Below are positions 47,226 through 59,900 of a stretch of 64,000 nucleotides of DNA, one piece after another. The stretch comes from Podarcis bocagei. Lineage: Eukaryota. Each line of letters begins with the position of its first letter. The first letter of the stretch is position 1. The notes below the pieces were generated by a model. It made no database searches and was not told the DNA's origin. It worked only from the letters and a program-made list of their open reading frames with translations. Both the position numbers and the translations under genes were made by a program. Location: NCBI GenBank assembly GCA_964188305.1, contig OZ076901.1; one strand, written 5' to 3'.

Positions 47226-50200
47226 GATATATGACAGTGCAACTGTTTCCAAGCCAAATCTGACTCCCATCCCTGCAGTTCAGAAGAGCAATACATGTTA
47301 CTGTTACAAAAATCTATATTGTCCAAACCTTTTGCAGGTCTGTTGGCATTGCTATCCAAGTATTCAAATGAATCTTGTTCAAGCATCAGTGTCAAGTCTG
47401 TACTAGGAGAGTGGTGCCCCTTCACAGCACAATGCAGAAGTGAACTGGGCCCACAGAGTGGGAGAGGTCTTCCCATTTTAAGTAACATCCTTTTTGAGGT
47501 GTACTAGCTCCCGATTAGCTGTATCAAACATAGATTGGATTAGCTGGCCTACAAAGACCCCTCCAGCAATAAGATTCTGATTCAGTCATTTATTATCTAG
47601 AGGAACATTATTTATTGCCACAGCTTTAATTCTGCAAAATTCAGCACTATAACAACAACAAACCACAAGTCTTAGTTTGAACAAAAGGCAAGGCAATGAT
47701 ATAATGTGAAGAGAGGGATGTTAGCCTGAATAAAATAATATGCTAATGTGGTGGCCTCTTTGCTTAACAACGCTGAGACTGCAGAGAGAAACAAGGCAGA
47801 AATAAAATGTTTGTTTACCACTTCCTTCACTCTGGTGCATCCTCCCTGCTCACCATCCTTGCCTGTTGCAGCAGGATGTCATTGGGGGGCGGGGCAGAAA
47901 ATTGTTAAATCTACACCAATAAATGGCTGCTTTCTCCTAGCTCAGACTATGCAGGCTACAGAGATTTCAAAAGAAGGGTCAGTGCAAGATGAATCATTTT
48001 GAGAAGCTGCTTTCTGTCTCAACGGCTCCAAAATGGGTCCCCAAGAGAGAGTGAGAGAGAACGAAAAGACAAATTCCATTTAAACCATCTAAACGAGACT
48101 TTGGCACAGCTGCAGTTGACAGGGTGTTTCTGAGAGCAAAACCATCAACGCAGTTGAAGCTGCAATAAATCTATTTCTGTCTACAGAAGCGTCCTGGAAC
48201 TCTACCATTCTTTACCAAAAAATATAAGGTTGGGGGATACAAATTGGCTGAAGAGCTACTGCACTGGAGGTCAAATTATGCAGGTGCAAATGCACAGATG
48301 GAAGGGGCAGGGGTCTGTTCTCGCCATGTTCAATCATCTACACTTTTAGAATAATGAACTAATAATGCTGATGCCTCTGAATCTGTGAGCAAGACCAGGC
48401 CCTCCAAGTAACTGCTTCAAACAAAACTAATTCATAGAAGACTGATGTTGAAAGAAGGCAATCTGTTCCCTTAATTCCTTCTTAGTTGAGAACACTTTGG
48501 AATTTTCCCCATGGGAAACAATGGAAATCATTGTCTTGCAATGCAAATACTCACTTTACAAACCATTTCTCAGAAACGGATTAAGTTCATATGGCGGGAC
48601 CTACATGTACCAGTACTTCACTGAAATCAAATCCAGGTGACTCTCTGCCCAGGAAAGAAACGAATGGCAAACCTCTTCTGTCAGCTGAATGTGGATATGA
48701 CAAACATAGTGGAGTCCAATAGATTATAAATATTATTTGCTGTTGTATAAGTCTTAGTTTAAGATCCATCAAGACCTTTGATATGGTAAAAGTCTGTAAA
48801 AATTCATTGATACTGGGGCCTTGTTCCTCTGCACTGCCAAGACCAGGGGAGATTGGAGGTCTGAAAAATCTCTGCCTCTGCCAGAACTCTTGGAAGAACG
48901 AAAGGACTGAGCTGAGTGACAGGGGGTGGAAAGGTCTTCTAAAAGTGCATGTCTTCTCTTCTTTCTTCAGCATAGCTTTCTTCTTGTCATTAGACTCTAC
49001 AAGGACATCCTTCAAGGTGGCCTCTCCAAAAAGCTGACTGCCAACTGATGGTTCCATAGCCAAACTGAACCTGTAGAGCATGATGCTTCAACCACAGAGA
49101 CCATCATACAAATACACTAGTCACCAAGGAATGAGTCTAGAACGGAACCATATCGAGGGAAGCATCCACTAAAAAGGAAGCCGAACGGGAGACCTTCAGT
49201 AGTGGCTGCCAAAGAAGAATTGGCTTCTGGGAAGTATTACCCAAGAGACCTTCCATACATGGCAGGGTAGTTCTTGCAGTAGTTGAAACTGTAGATCTAG
49301 CCCTAACAACTAGGGCCACCACTTTGTGGACCCATTCCTAGTTACGTGAGAGGGGAGGCAAAGGGAAGGGGGGTAAATTATGTAGGAAAATTGGACTTAA
49401 CACAAAATGTGAAGAAAATGCCAAGCCTGATGGGTCTCCAGCAATGGATCTATTCTGATTTATATGATATTAAATATTTCACCTCCAACCCAGGTTCCCT
49501 GGTATTTGTCCTAATATGGTTTCATACTCATTTTCAGAATACAGCTCAGGCAGAAAAATCATCCATATGCGTTGATGACACAGAAGCAATTCACATGCCA
49601 CAGTAAGCCACAGCTGAAGCTTTACCATGAATATGCCTATCTGGGTCATTGGTTTCCTCTCCACCAGTGTTACATGTGAACCAAGGTCATGGTTTGTTTC
49701 ACTTGACTTCAGCACAATCAGTTAGCTAAAAACAAACCTTGGCTACAGACTGTGGTATGTTGGTAGTGAAACAAACAACTGGGATGAGCAGATGAATGAA
49801 AAGGGCTGAACTGGTTTGTGCACAGTAGACCATGGTTAATAGGTTACCAAGACATGTGACCATGACCACTATCTGAATTGCTGAGGTGGACCAAGAGAAA
49901 TACAAAAAAATAATAAATGTACACACTGCAGTAGGTCCTGGGAAAGTCTGTGTGAAAGCCTTCCATATGCATAGCCCCCTGTCCTGCCCCACCCCAGCAT
50001 GTGTGCACAATAAAGGGAGCTCAGATGGGTTGGGTTATGCCATGTTATGCATCCTAACCTATATTTGGAAGAAACTTCCATCCATTGTCCCTTACAGCCC
50101 TACATTATGTCCTGTTAGTAAGAAGAAAGACTGGGTTACTCACAAGCACTACGGTGTTGTTCCACTATAGAATCCTCCAGGTCATAATACAGAACAATTT

Positions 50201-52294
50201 ATAAAAAAGAAATCATTGGATTTTACTTTAATGATAAAAGTTTGAACAGGAACATCCTCTGAGAATGGAAGAACAGTGAAGCAGTATTCAAGCTGAAAAA
50301 TGCACATATATATGATATGATAATCAATGTCTAATATCATAGTCACTGTATTATTTTACCACCACAATTGAAAAACACAGCACATAATGTACCACTAAAA
50401 AGCCTTTTAGATTCCCTGTTATTGTTATTAATCACTCTTTACTCTAAACACTCCCTGGGGGATGCTACTATGAGTACATGCAACAAGCTCAGATTCCTCT
50501 TCCACAATTTCTTGCTTTTCAGCTCCAGCACCAATGAACCAATATTTGCTTCTTCTTTTGGTTAGGGGAGGGGCTCCTTCTCTAGCACACCATCTCCCCT
50601 TGCTGCCTGGATCCACAGCTATACAAATAATTCATCCAGAGATTAATCACAGGTTGACACTAGTCAATCTTACTAAATCCAATATTTGCATTCTCTTCAG
50701 ATGAAGGAAGGCTGAGGGGCAGAGGCAGACAGACAAAGAGAGAGCACTCAGTGGGGATGGGGAATGAGAGACACAAAACTGCTGCCTGCAATGCGTTCAT
50801 TATACTGTGAGAAAACTACATGATGGATAACCAATTTGTCCAGGTGGGTCAATATTGTCCCTGTTCCAGCAACATGAGGGTAGCAGCTGCTTCTAGAGTG
50901 TCCTTCCTTTATACAGAAGTGCCACAGAAGCCATTTTTTCTGTAGATTCTGCACATGGCACTGGTTAAAGATCCATAACTACGTAAGTAGGCCAACTGCA
51001 CACGGCTTTGTCAGAAACAAGGTGGTGGTCCAATGCAGGCAGAGGCCGAGTTCCATGGGAGTAAACATGAATACAAGCAAATTCACAACGAAAGGCATTC
51101 AGGGAATAAGAGAAAAAGCTCAGGCAGTATCCACCTGCAACTCGCTTGGCCTGAAGAAGCTCTTGAACTAGGGCTTTATATAGGGACTAATTGGCCCAGG
51201 CTGGCTGTTGAGGGTTCAGGCCAACTGGTACTGCAGTTGTTAAAAGCACCCAACCAAGTCTACTGGACTGAGAGACTAGTGACACAGGAGTAATAGTGCC
51301 AGCATCTGAATGGTCACAGTCTCAAGCATACGTTTGTCCAAAGTGGTATCAGAGGCAGACCTCCTAGATATTCTGCCCTTGTAGAATATCAGAAACACCA
51401 ATACCAGAGGACTTACTGTCAGGAACTGCATGTGTGGTAGTGTAAAGGGAAAATACACAGGTTCAGACTGGACAGCCAGGGATAAAGATGAGGAAACTTT
51501 CCAGGGGCAAATAATCAAGTGTCGGTGGTGATGATACATCCACCAGTTTAGCTGACTGCCCCTGCTTAACCCAACATTTCCACAAGCAATTCCTAAGCTT
51601 GTTTTCATTGACATGGAAACACATTTCAGACTCCCTGAACGGTAGCTGCTGAGTACTGAAAATGTACATCTTCAGAAATAAGAAATAAGGGGAAATGCAA
51701 GGTGCAACACTGCAATAAAGTGGTCACATGAGACGGCTGCAAAGCATTTCCCAGCAGGGTTAGTAGATACAACAAGACTAAATCCACTGACTAGTCTCTG
51801 TTCTGCATGGATTTTTAACTATTCATCAATCAGATTCTGTGAAATGGAGAGGCGACGACATAATTCCTTTGTGGAATTCAGAAGCTTTTTTTCAACCAGA
51901 CAATAACTCAGAGAACCCAACCTGATTCCAAGAACTCATTCCCCAAAGAACAGTTATTCTGAAGCTCCTGGACCTCATCACACATCCTCAAAGAACTGCT
52001 TCTGTTTTTATTTTAGAAAGAAAATCAATGTGAGAGTTGCTGAGGAGCTGATCTTCTTTTGTGGCAAGCAACGAGACAACAGGATAAACTGTCAATCCTC
52101 ACCCACTCTTCCCGCAATTTACTGCCACAAACATTTACCCAATGCTTACAGAACTGGTGTCAGGTTTGGAGTTGGCCAACGTTTTGGAAAATGAGACAGA
52201 AAATCTAAAAGGTTCCTACCCTTAACTGGCATGGGGCGCAATCCATCAGGAAGTCCTCCTGGACAAGTTTCATTTCAACAGGCATTTAGGAGGT

Positions 52295-52495
52295 GCAGCA
52301 TGTAGCTCAGTGGCAAGGCATACATTTTGCAAGTGGAAAGGCACAAATTTAATCCCCAACATCTCCAGGTAGGGCTGGAAAAACCCCACCCCACCTGAAA
52401 CCTTGGAGAACCCACCGCTAGTTCTTGTAGACAACACTGAGCTAGTTGGGGCTATGGTTTTATGATTGTGCATATTGGAATAAGGCTTTTCCCTA
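52295..52495 (+). mobile_element. Old tRNA-derived SINE; related fragments near 12817, 20630, 22365-22495 (-), 24090, 29695, 30958, 35535 and 45760
   Basis: tagctcagtggc...aatccccaacatctccaggtagggctgg...cctgaaaccttggag...gtagacaacactgagctag; the motif aggtcccaggttcaat.cc..gcatctcc recurs. Confidence 0.7.
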
Positions 52496-55400
52496 CAGTT
52501 CTCTATTCTAGCACAGCTCCTATTCATTTAAATGAGGCATGTGCAGGAGAAGTAATGGCTCATCCACATCTGCATTTTGCCCCATGCTTTCTAGGTACAG
52601 ACCCCAAAGCTTTCCCTGAGAAAACCCACCCTTCGCCGCTAAATCAGAACAAATGGCAATTCAGGTTTTCTGCAGACTGATTCAGCGGTAAAGAGCAGGT
52701 TATCACAAGGAAAGCAACTGGGCAAAGGGGGGGAGGATCAGACATGGCACTTTAAAGTACGGACCTGTTTCTAGAAACGTGGCAGGGGAAAAAGTATGGA
52801 TGAGCTCTCTGTGTGGATGCATTGCATGAAGCAGATCTGCCCATCTCCTGCTCTAATGCCCTTAATAGTACCTGAAAATCCACCAACCGAAGCAGCAGCA
52901 TAGCCTTGCTCCATGTGCAGGCTGTCTCCCAGCACCAAGACATAGCAGCTGATACTTGTGCCTTGTGGACATATCATCATTATTGTTAAATTCATCATCC
53001 ACCTTTCCAGATCAAACTTTGGCTCCAGGAAAACATGGCAAGGGATAAAACACAAAGAGCAACCCACAAAACCCTAAGGGGTTCAGTTTCAATTCACACA
53101 GCAAAGGAAAGAGATGGCATAAACAGTAAATGTTTCACTTGCCTCCTAAATACCTGTGAGGATAACCTTGGACAGATATTCCTCAAGGGCAAGTGAGTGA
53201 ATCACAATGTGACTTAGTGCCACTGAGTACCACTGCTTGTTTATTTTCAGATTCAGCGTGGTCATTTTCCTACAGAGGATCCATCTGTTGCATGCAATCA
53301 TTTGCTGTGTTCTCCCAGCTAATAGGAGTTGGGCAAGACTTCCCTGGATTGTGTTCTGGTAAAAGATGCCATGCACATACGGTGTGTACGGGAGTGTACA
53401 GAACAAGCCTGTGATGGAGCATTTTAAAGTGTTACAGAAGCGACAGCACAAGTCCTATCAGATGGAATTGCAATCTGTTTGGCAGGGCACTTGGAGAATA
53501 TAATACGCTAACTGCAACAATTAGATATCTTGGGGTTTTTTTGCAGGGGGAATGAAAATGGGCAGCAAAACACTCATAACATATAATCATATATGCTAAC
53601 GCTCATATTTGTGAGTGATGTGGGCTTATTAACTGCATGCTGTGCTTTGATCTCCATTCTGCAATCTTGGGCATCTAATCTGTTCATCACCGCTGCTCAA
53701 CTTAGCTACAAGAAACAAGTATCAACCTTCTACTGTTCAATGGCGCAGAGATGGAAATAATCTACAGAGCAAGGACTTACAATTCTGACTTCTCAAGGAT
53801 AGAACTGTCACTACAAAGGGGGGCAGGGAGAGAAGGGGATTATGTTCACTTCGGTGCTAACTTTCAGCAAAAAAAGGCCCCTACAGTGGCTCATAAAGGT
53901 TAATACATAACCATTTGTATTTTTTTTTTAAAAAAGACAATTTAGAAAAGTTGCATGAATGGTGCCCAGATGTCTTGAACTGAGATTCTTAACACCTTTA
54001 GCCACTGCACTTTCCAGAAGAGGGAGTTGTTCTCCTGGCATATTATGTAGTTGTGTGTTGTCAGTGCAGCTGGCAGGAAAAAGGTGCTGCCGCACCTTAC
54101 TCATCAGCTGTCCGGTGATACAAATGGCCAGTGGGATTTTACCTGCCCTATAAAGCCTCAAACAGACTCTGGCTTGACTTTCTACTGTAGTCTCAGAGAC
54201 TTGTCTCTAGGGAGCAGATGAAGCTTCTGGTAGCTTGAACATCCTTGCCATGCTTCATCTAGTCTGATTAGCCTTCTCCTTGCCCAATTTCATTTTGGCA
54301 GCATCTCCAGATCACAAGCCCTGACCCTGTGCAATATTGGGAAGAAGTGCCAGAGTGAATCCTGGACATAATGGATGAAGAATAAACTTTTTTCTAATCT
54401 CTTTCTCTCACTCTCATTGCAAGTATATTCTTCAAGCGTAGCTGGAAGAAATTCCTCTCTCCTTGTACTTTTTATTCCTAAAGCAACTTTTGAGAGTATG
54501 TAGGGCTGCCTGAGATTCAAGCTTCTTCACCATGTTTAATTTAGCTAATGATGGTTCAGTCCTCATCTTCCTTGGCCAAGGAAAAGCTGAAAGTCTATTT
54601 CATTTCCTAAATGGGTAGAATTCTACATACAGATGTAACACGACCATCTTACAAGTATCAGCTAGACAGAGGTGACTCCTGGCAGCCTGCTGGGAGATGC
54701 ACTGGGCAGAATATCATTTCTAGATGACTGATTGGGAAATTTCAAGGAGAACTCTCTGGACCCTTTGTTAGCTTCCAGGGTTCACTGTGATTACTGCTAG
54801 CGGATCGTTTTTCTCCCAGCACTCTCTGCCCCTTATATCTCAAGATGCATATAAACAGACAGAGAGAGAGGTGTCTCAGGCCCCAATTTTATGCTTTCCC
54901 TTCTGAGGTAGAAAATGGTTAAGTGCAAAGCCCTCAAGTCAGGCAAACAAGTTGTGATGCTGATTTAGGTGCTCTGAAAAGTGCTGAAGAAAGCCGCATT
55001 GAAGTCACACTGTACAAGGCTTTGAACTGCTTGTATGTAGATAGAAGTTGGGGGTGAGGGCATGGTAGGTAGGGGGTGAGGTAGGGGATGAGGGCATGGT
55101 AGGTCAGTCCCAAGTGCCACCCTCTGCACCTCAGCAAAGATGCAAAATGACAATGTTGCAAGCACAAAACCCAAAAACCATGAAGTATCAGCTTGCCATA
55201 TGCGCCAAACAGATGACCAGTTGCTGGCCTAGCAATAGGATGTTGTAGCAGATCTATGAATGCATCAATAGTATTAGGCAGTGGGCAACTATCCTAAATG
55301 GCCAGCCAGATGTCACATGCCCCATCAAAGATATAAGGGGGAAATCTGTGTCTCCTTCTACCATATCTAACTGCAAATAAATGTTTCTTGCCAGCAAACT

Positions 55401-58400
55401 CAGCAATGCCTTTTGCTCATTCCATCTTCCACTGTGACTACATGAAGCGGGAGAGCAGGGTGGCACCCTGAACCTTGACCTCTGCACATATACTGGCTCC
55501 ACCAACCAAAGGTCTGAAAGGGGCTTCTATGTACAGAGCAGTCTCTTTCAGATGCCTTGCTGAACACACTGAGGCTGAGCAACTGGGGGCAGACTGTGCA
55601 ATCTCATGCTTTCACTGAATGTGTGAAAGCACTGGCGGAGGAAGGGGGTGCAGTAGCTGTGGTCCACCCCAGGTGTCATCCATGGGGGGTGACATCGCTG
55701 CGCCGCCGGCCTGGGACACTCACCCAGTTGCACAGCATGTGAGCCACTCCAGGTGCCGGAGCAGCTAGCTCTGCCTCTGGTGAAGGGAAAGTGTGAAAGT
55801 GTGAAAAAGACTAAGGTTATCAGTTTTATCTGGAGACAATCTAATGTGACAGGAATTCAGCAAAAAATATTGGGGTAAAAAAAGGAAACTCCAGCAGCAC
55901 CAAAAAATTCCAACTATCCATTAAGTCTCTGCCACTGGAAGCAGTAAAAAATCAAGAAATGTGAACACTGCACCACAAAAGTGTAGACGACATGAGGTGG
56001 GGAGGCATGATGGGATCTCAACATGCTACTCCCCTACATCCTGAGATGGGGAAGAGCTTAGGGTGAGAGTGAAAGTGGAGAAGGTGGCTATGTGTGAGAG
56101 ATAATGGGGGGAGAAGGCTCTGTGTGTCAGAGGAGAGAGGGCAGGAAGAGAATGAGCACAGGTTCTCCCCACTGCCAGCATTTGGTCCACAGGGGCAAAA
56201 ACATTGCCCACCACAGCTAGCTTAGGGAGAGCAGAGAGGCATAAAGCAAACTAGAAGAGAGAATTTCCCCAGCAAATTATCCGTCCGCTTCCTTTGTGCC
56301 TCTGCATTAATGAAGCACCACTTCCTTTTCACATACAATTCCTCATTGCATGGGAGAATAGGAAAATGTTTCTGGACAATCTCAGACAATCTTGTCTATG
56401 GCTTGGAGACCTCAGTTCCTTATTGTACCCTCTGGTTAAATGAGACCTTTACATGTGAATAGTTACTGTCTTTGAAGATAGATTTATTGCACATTAAACA
56501 GTTTCAAGAGCTGCTATGCAGGCTGCATTTGCAAGTTGCTGTCAACCTAGATGGCAATACTGGCAATCAAGGAGGCTCATCTCATCTCCCTTGGTGGAAC
56601 ACACAGGCAAATCAGAGATCCCAACAGACCCACTTGCCCAACAGCTTATTCCCTGTATACCCTACTTCATTTGAATTTACAAGGCTACCACCACTGCTGA
56701 TGAATTACAGAGAAGATCCTCGTGTCCCAACACATCCTCTTCATTAACACAACTTGACAAACCACAATGCATCAGAGCACTGTCTGCCACGCATAGTCAG
56801 CTCCCAGCTTATCACAAAGGGAATAGTGGGGGAAGAAGCCCAGGTTGCTTAAGGCTCATGCACATTTCTACTTGTCCTGTGCCTAGAAAGCACAGGTCTA
56901 GGCAGTTTTTCACTTGTGTGGCTCCTTTCCCAAAGAAAGCTTGCTCTTTAGCTCTAAATCGGAGCAAACATCAACCCAAATTTCTGTTTGCTCTGATTGA
57001 GCACTAAAGAGAGGTTTCCCCCAGAGGAAAGCTGGACAAGGCCTTTTTGAGATAGATGTTTCTCATATTAACAGGGGGGTCATTATACTTGAAGTCATCT
57101 TTACTATACTCTTTAAACCATTCCTTATTATGGCACTAAGTGAGAAAAAGAAAGGCCTCACATTTCGTTCTTGCAGATTAAAATGGTCTCCTGGTCAATT
57201 TATCAAGTGAAGCTATATAGTTGACTAATCAGCTGATTAAATCAGCAAGTCAAGTGCAGCTCTCATTATTGTGTTGCAAAACTAAATTATTTAAAACATT
57301 TCTGGGAAAGGGTCTTACCTTTAAGATGCAAAGCAAAGACAGTATAACCATCAAGAGATAAGGGGAGAGCCAATTATGGAAGACAGCCACATTTTGGAAA
57401 TTGGTAACCAGATGAGTCGTAGCAGGAGGAAAGGCATAAAAAAAAAATACAGGTTCCATTAGTCCCTAATGATTTGAGGATGCTGATTGATATAGCACCA
57501 TTAACACTAAATTGCCAGCTGTGAATTAAGCAGAGCCTATCAGCATAGTTGAACCAAGCCAGAGATGCTTAACATAATGATTCGAGACAAGAAGGTCAGC
57601 AGCTTCTTCAATTTCCCAGCCACCACACTGCAGATTTTTGCAGGTGTTACTGCACGAAAACACCACCATTTTTCGGTACATTTCACTTCCCTGTATTCCT
57701 TTTCCAAGTTATATCCTGCTGGCTTTCCAGTTTGCAAGGAGAGGGCAAAGCATGAGAGGGGGTACTGGACGTCAAGGCGTGAAAGGCTTCAGTCTGGTCC
57801 CAGAAGTTGTCAGAGCGTGTTGCTGACTAGGAGCTCTCTGAGCCCCATGGGTTCCATCTCAGGAGCAGATCAGGGCAATGTGCTGTCAATCACCCATCAT
57901 GCCACTATGACAGTTGGGGATAAGTTACCATCTGGAAGCTTAGCTACCCAAGGCAGATGAGCTAAGAAAGAAATCTGAGTGGAAGCAAAGAACGGGAGGA
58001 ATGGAACAAAAGGCTATGTTAAAGCATAACCTATAACTCTTGCAAGTTTCCACTTCTCCCACTTTGTAAAAGCAAAAACAAAGGCAAGAGCCCAGCCAGA
58101 GTATCTAGTCCAGTGCCTTCTTCTCTGCGCTTCCACTGCCTCCCTCCCAGTTAATTGACAGAACTCAAAACAGACATGCTGGCAAACATCACATCACTTC
58201 AAATATGCACAGGTGTATCTATGCAACACCTGTGAAAACACGTTGATTATAAGAGTCACCTAAGTTCGGCAAATGGGTCCTTACATACCACAAACACCTG
58301 TGGTGTTGGGCTGCCACAATTGTGATTCAAAGGTCACAGTGTTCATGCCAAATAAAGTTTTAACTCCATAGCAGCAGCAACACCATAGCAATCAGTGCAC

Positions 58401-58974
58401 ACAATGGCAAGATAACTCATTACCACTGATTACTTTTTTTAAAAAAAAGTCAAGAAACAGACATTCAAACAGTCCCTTCTGCCTTGCAGTGGTGCATTTT
58501 GATTCATAGCCATGCCCTGCAGAACAACAACAAAAAACAAATCAATTCTCTATTTCGTATGTGTGCAATTAACATAAAGCATTTTTATGACTGAAGGAGT
58601 TGCCTTTCTGAGTGGCAGAAATGAGAACAATTCCCAAAATATATATGGGAAAGAAAAAAGTTTTCAAGCTGAAGTTGCTTTTCTTTTTAAAGCGAATTAT
58701 TTGTTTTTCTTTTAGCATACAGTGAAGGCTGTGTCAACCCCAGTCCCAACCTGGGAAGCTTCCTAATGGGGCTTAATTTGCAAGCAGGTCATTGAGGTAT
58801 CACAAACAGGGCAGTGGTTTTTATATGTAGCAGATTTTACCGAGAAAGGAAAACCCAGATTGAAAGGAGCGAAGGACATTTTTACGTGAACAGCTTTGTG
58901 CTAATGCGGCAAAAAAAAGCTGCGTATGTAAGGAATCCCAATCCCAAAATAAGCATCTGTCTGGAAGCATCCTG

Positions 58975-59120
58975 AGATTATTTATTATTTAAAAATGATA
59001 AAATTATTATTATGTTTGAAGTTTTATTCTGTTTTAGTGTTCTGTTGGGAGCCACCCAGAGTGGCTGGGGAAACCCAGTCAGATGGGCGGGGTATAAATT
59101 ATAAAATTATTATTATTATT
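58975..59120 (+). mobile_element. LINE (L2-type) 3' end with (ATT)n tail; short similar copy at about 42247-42305
   Basis: gccacccagagtggctggggaaacccagtcagatgggcggggtataaat...attattattatt. Confidence 0.7.
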
Positions 59121-59683
59121 TGCTCAGAATGAATGTTACACTACTTGCAAGACTGTAAAAAATTGATCTGAAATCCACCACATGCACACAAATATTTGCA
59201 AGTAGTGAAACTGGGAAGGGCCATTTCGGGGGGGGGGGAGAATGGTAGTAAAAAGAATACCGATCTTCTTAGCAGCCATCAACTGGCAGCTTCCCCCCAT
59301 ACACATATAGAAACCCACTTGGAACACCATCACACAGTGCTGTTCCATGGTGGATTCAAAGGAGGAGCACTTAAGCAACAAAACAGATGGCAGTAGTGAA
59401 AAAAAGAAGTGTGGGGGAAGGGACATGAATCCCTTTCTCTCCATTCCACATGTAAATTGCTATGGCAGAAATCTTGCGGTGCTACCTTCACTGGAGAGAT
59501 TTGCAAAATCTGCCTCTTCTGAATTTCTACAGTACTTTCTCATTTTAATGGCCTTTTCTTGTTTTAGCAACTTTTCATTCTACAAATAAGTTTGAAAAAC
59601 TTTCCCCTGCAAGACTGTCAGCTAGAATCAGAACTACGCTGATTTTTAAATAGCGAAAGTCAAGGGAAGCCAATTTAGTAATT

Positions 59684-59900
59684 CAGAGGTTTTCAACCTT
59701 TTTGAGTCCACAGCTCCCTTGACCAGCTGAGTTCTTTCTGCAGCACCCCTCTGGGGCTCAGGAGCCCAGTTATGTCACCCCTTGCTTGCAGAGCTGGCAG
59801 CCTCTCTCCCTTTTTCAAACACCCTCCTCTCTCCTTGGGAGTCCTCCGGGCAGCTGTTGTTGCCACCCCTGGTCTCTGAGCTGCCCCCCACCCCACCCCC
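59684..59900 (+). mobile_element. hAT-Charlie-like terminal fragment
   Basis: CAGAGGTTTTCAACCTTTTTGAGTCCAC start; right end not identified. Confidence 0.45.

Noticed and set aside
55632-55780. Possible small hAT-like element (CACTGGCGGAG...CTCTGCCTCTG)
   Set aside because: TIRs are short and mismatched and there is no convincing TSD; not listed as a feature
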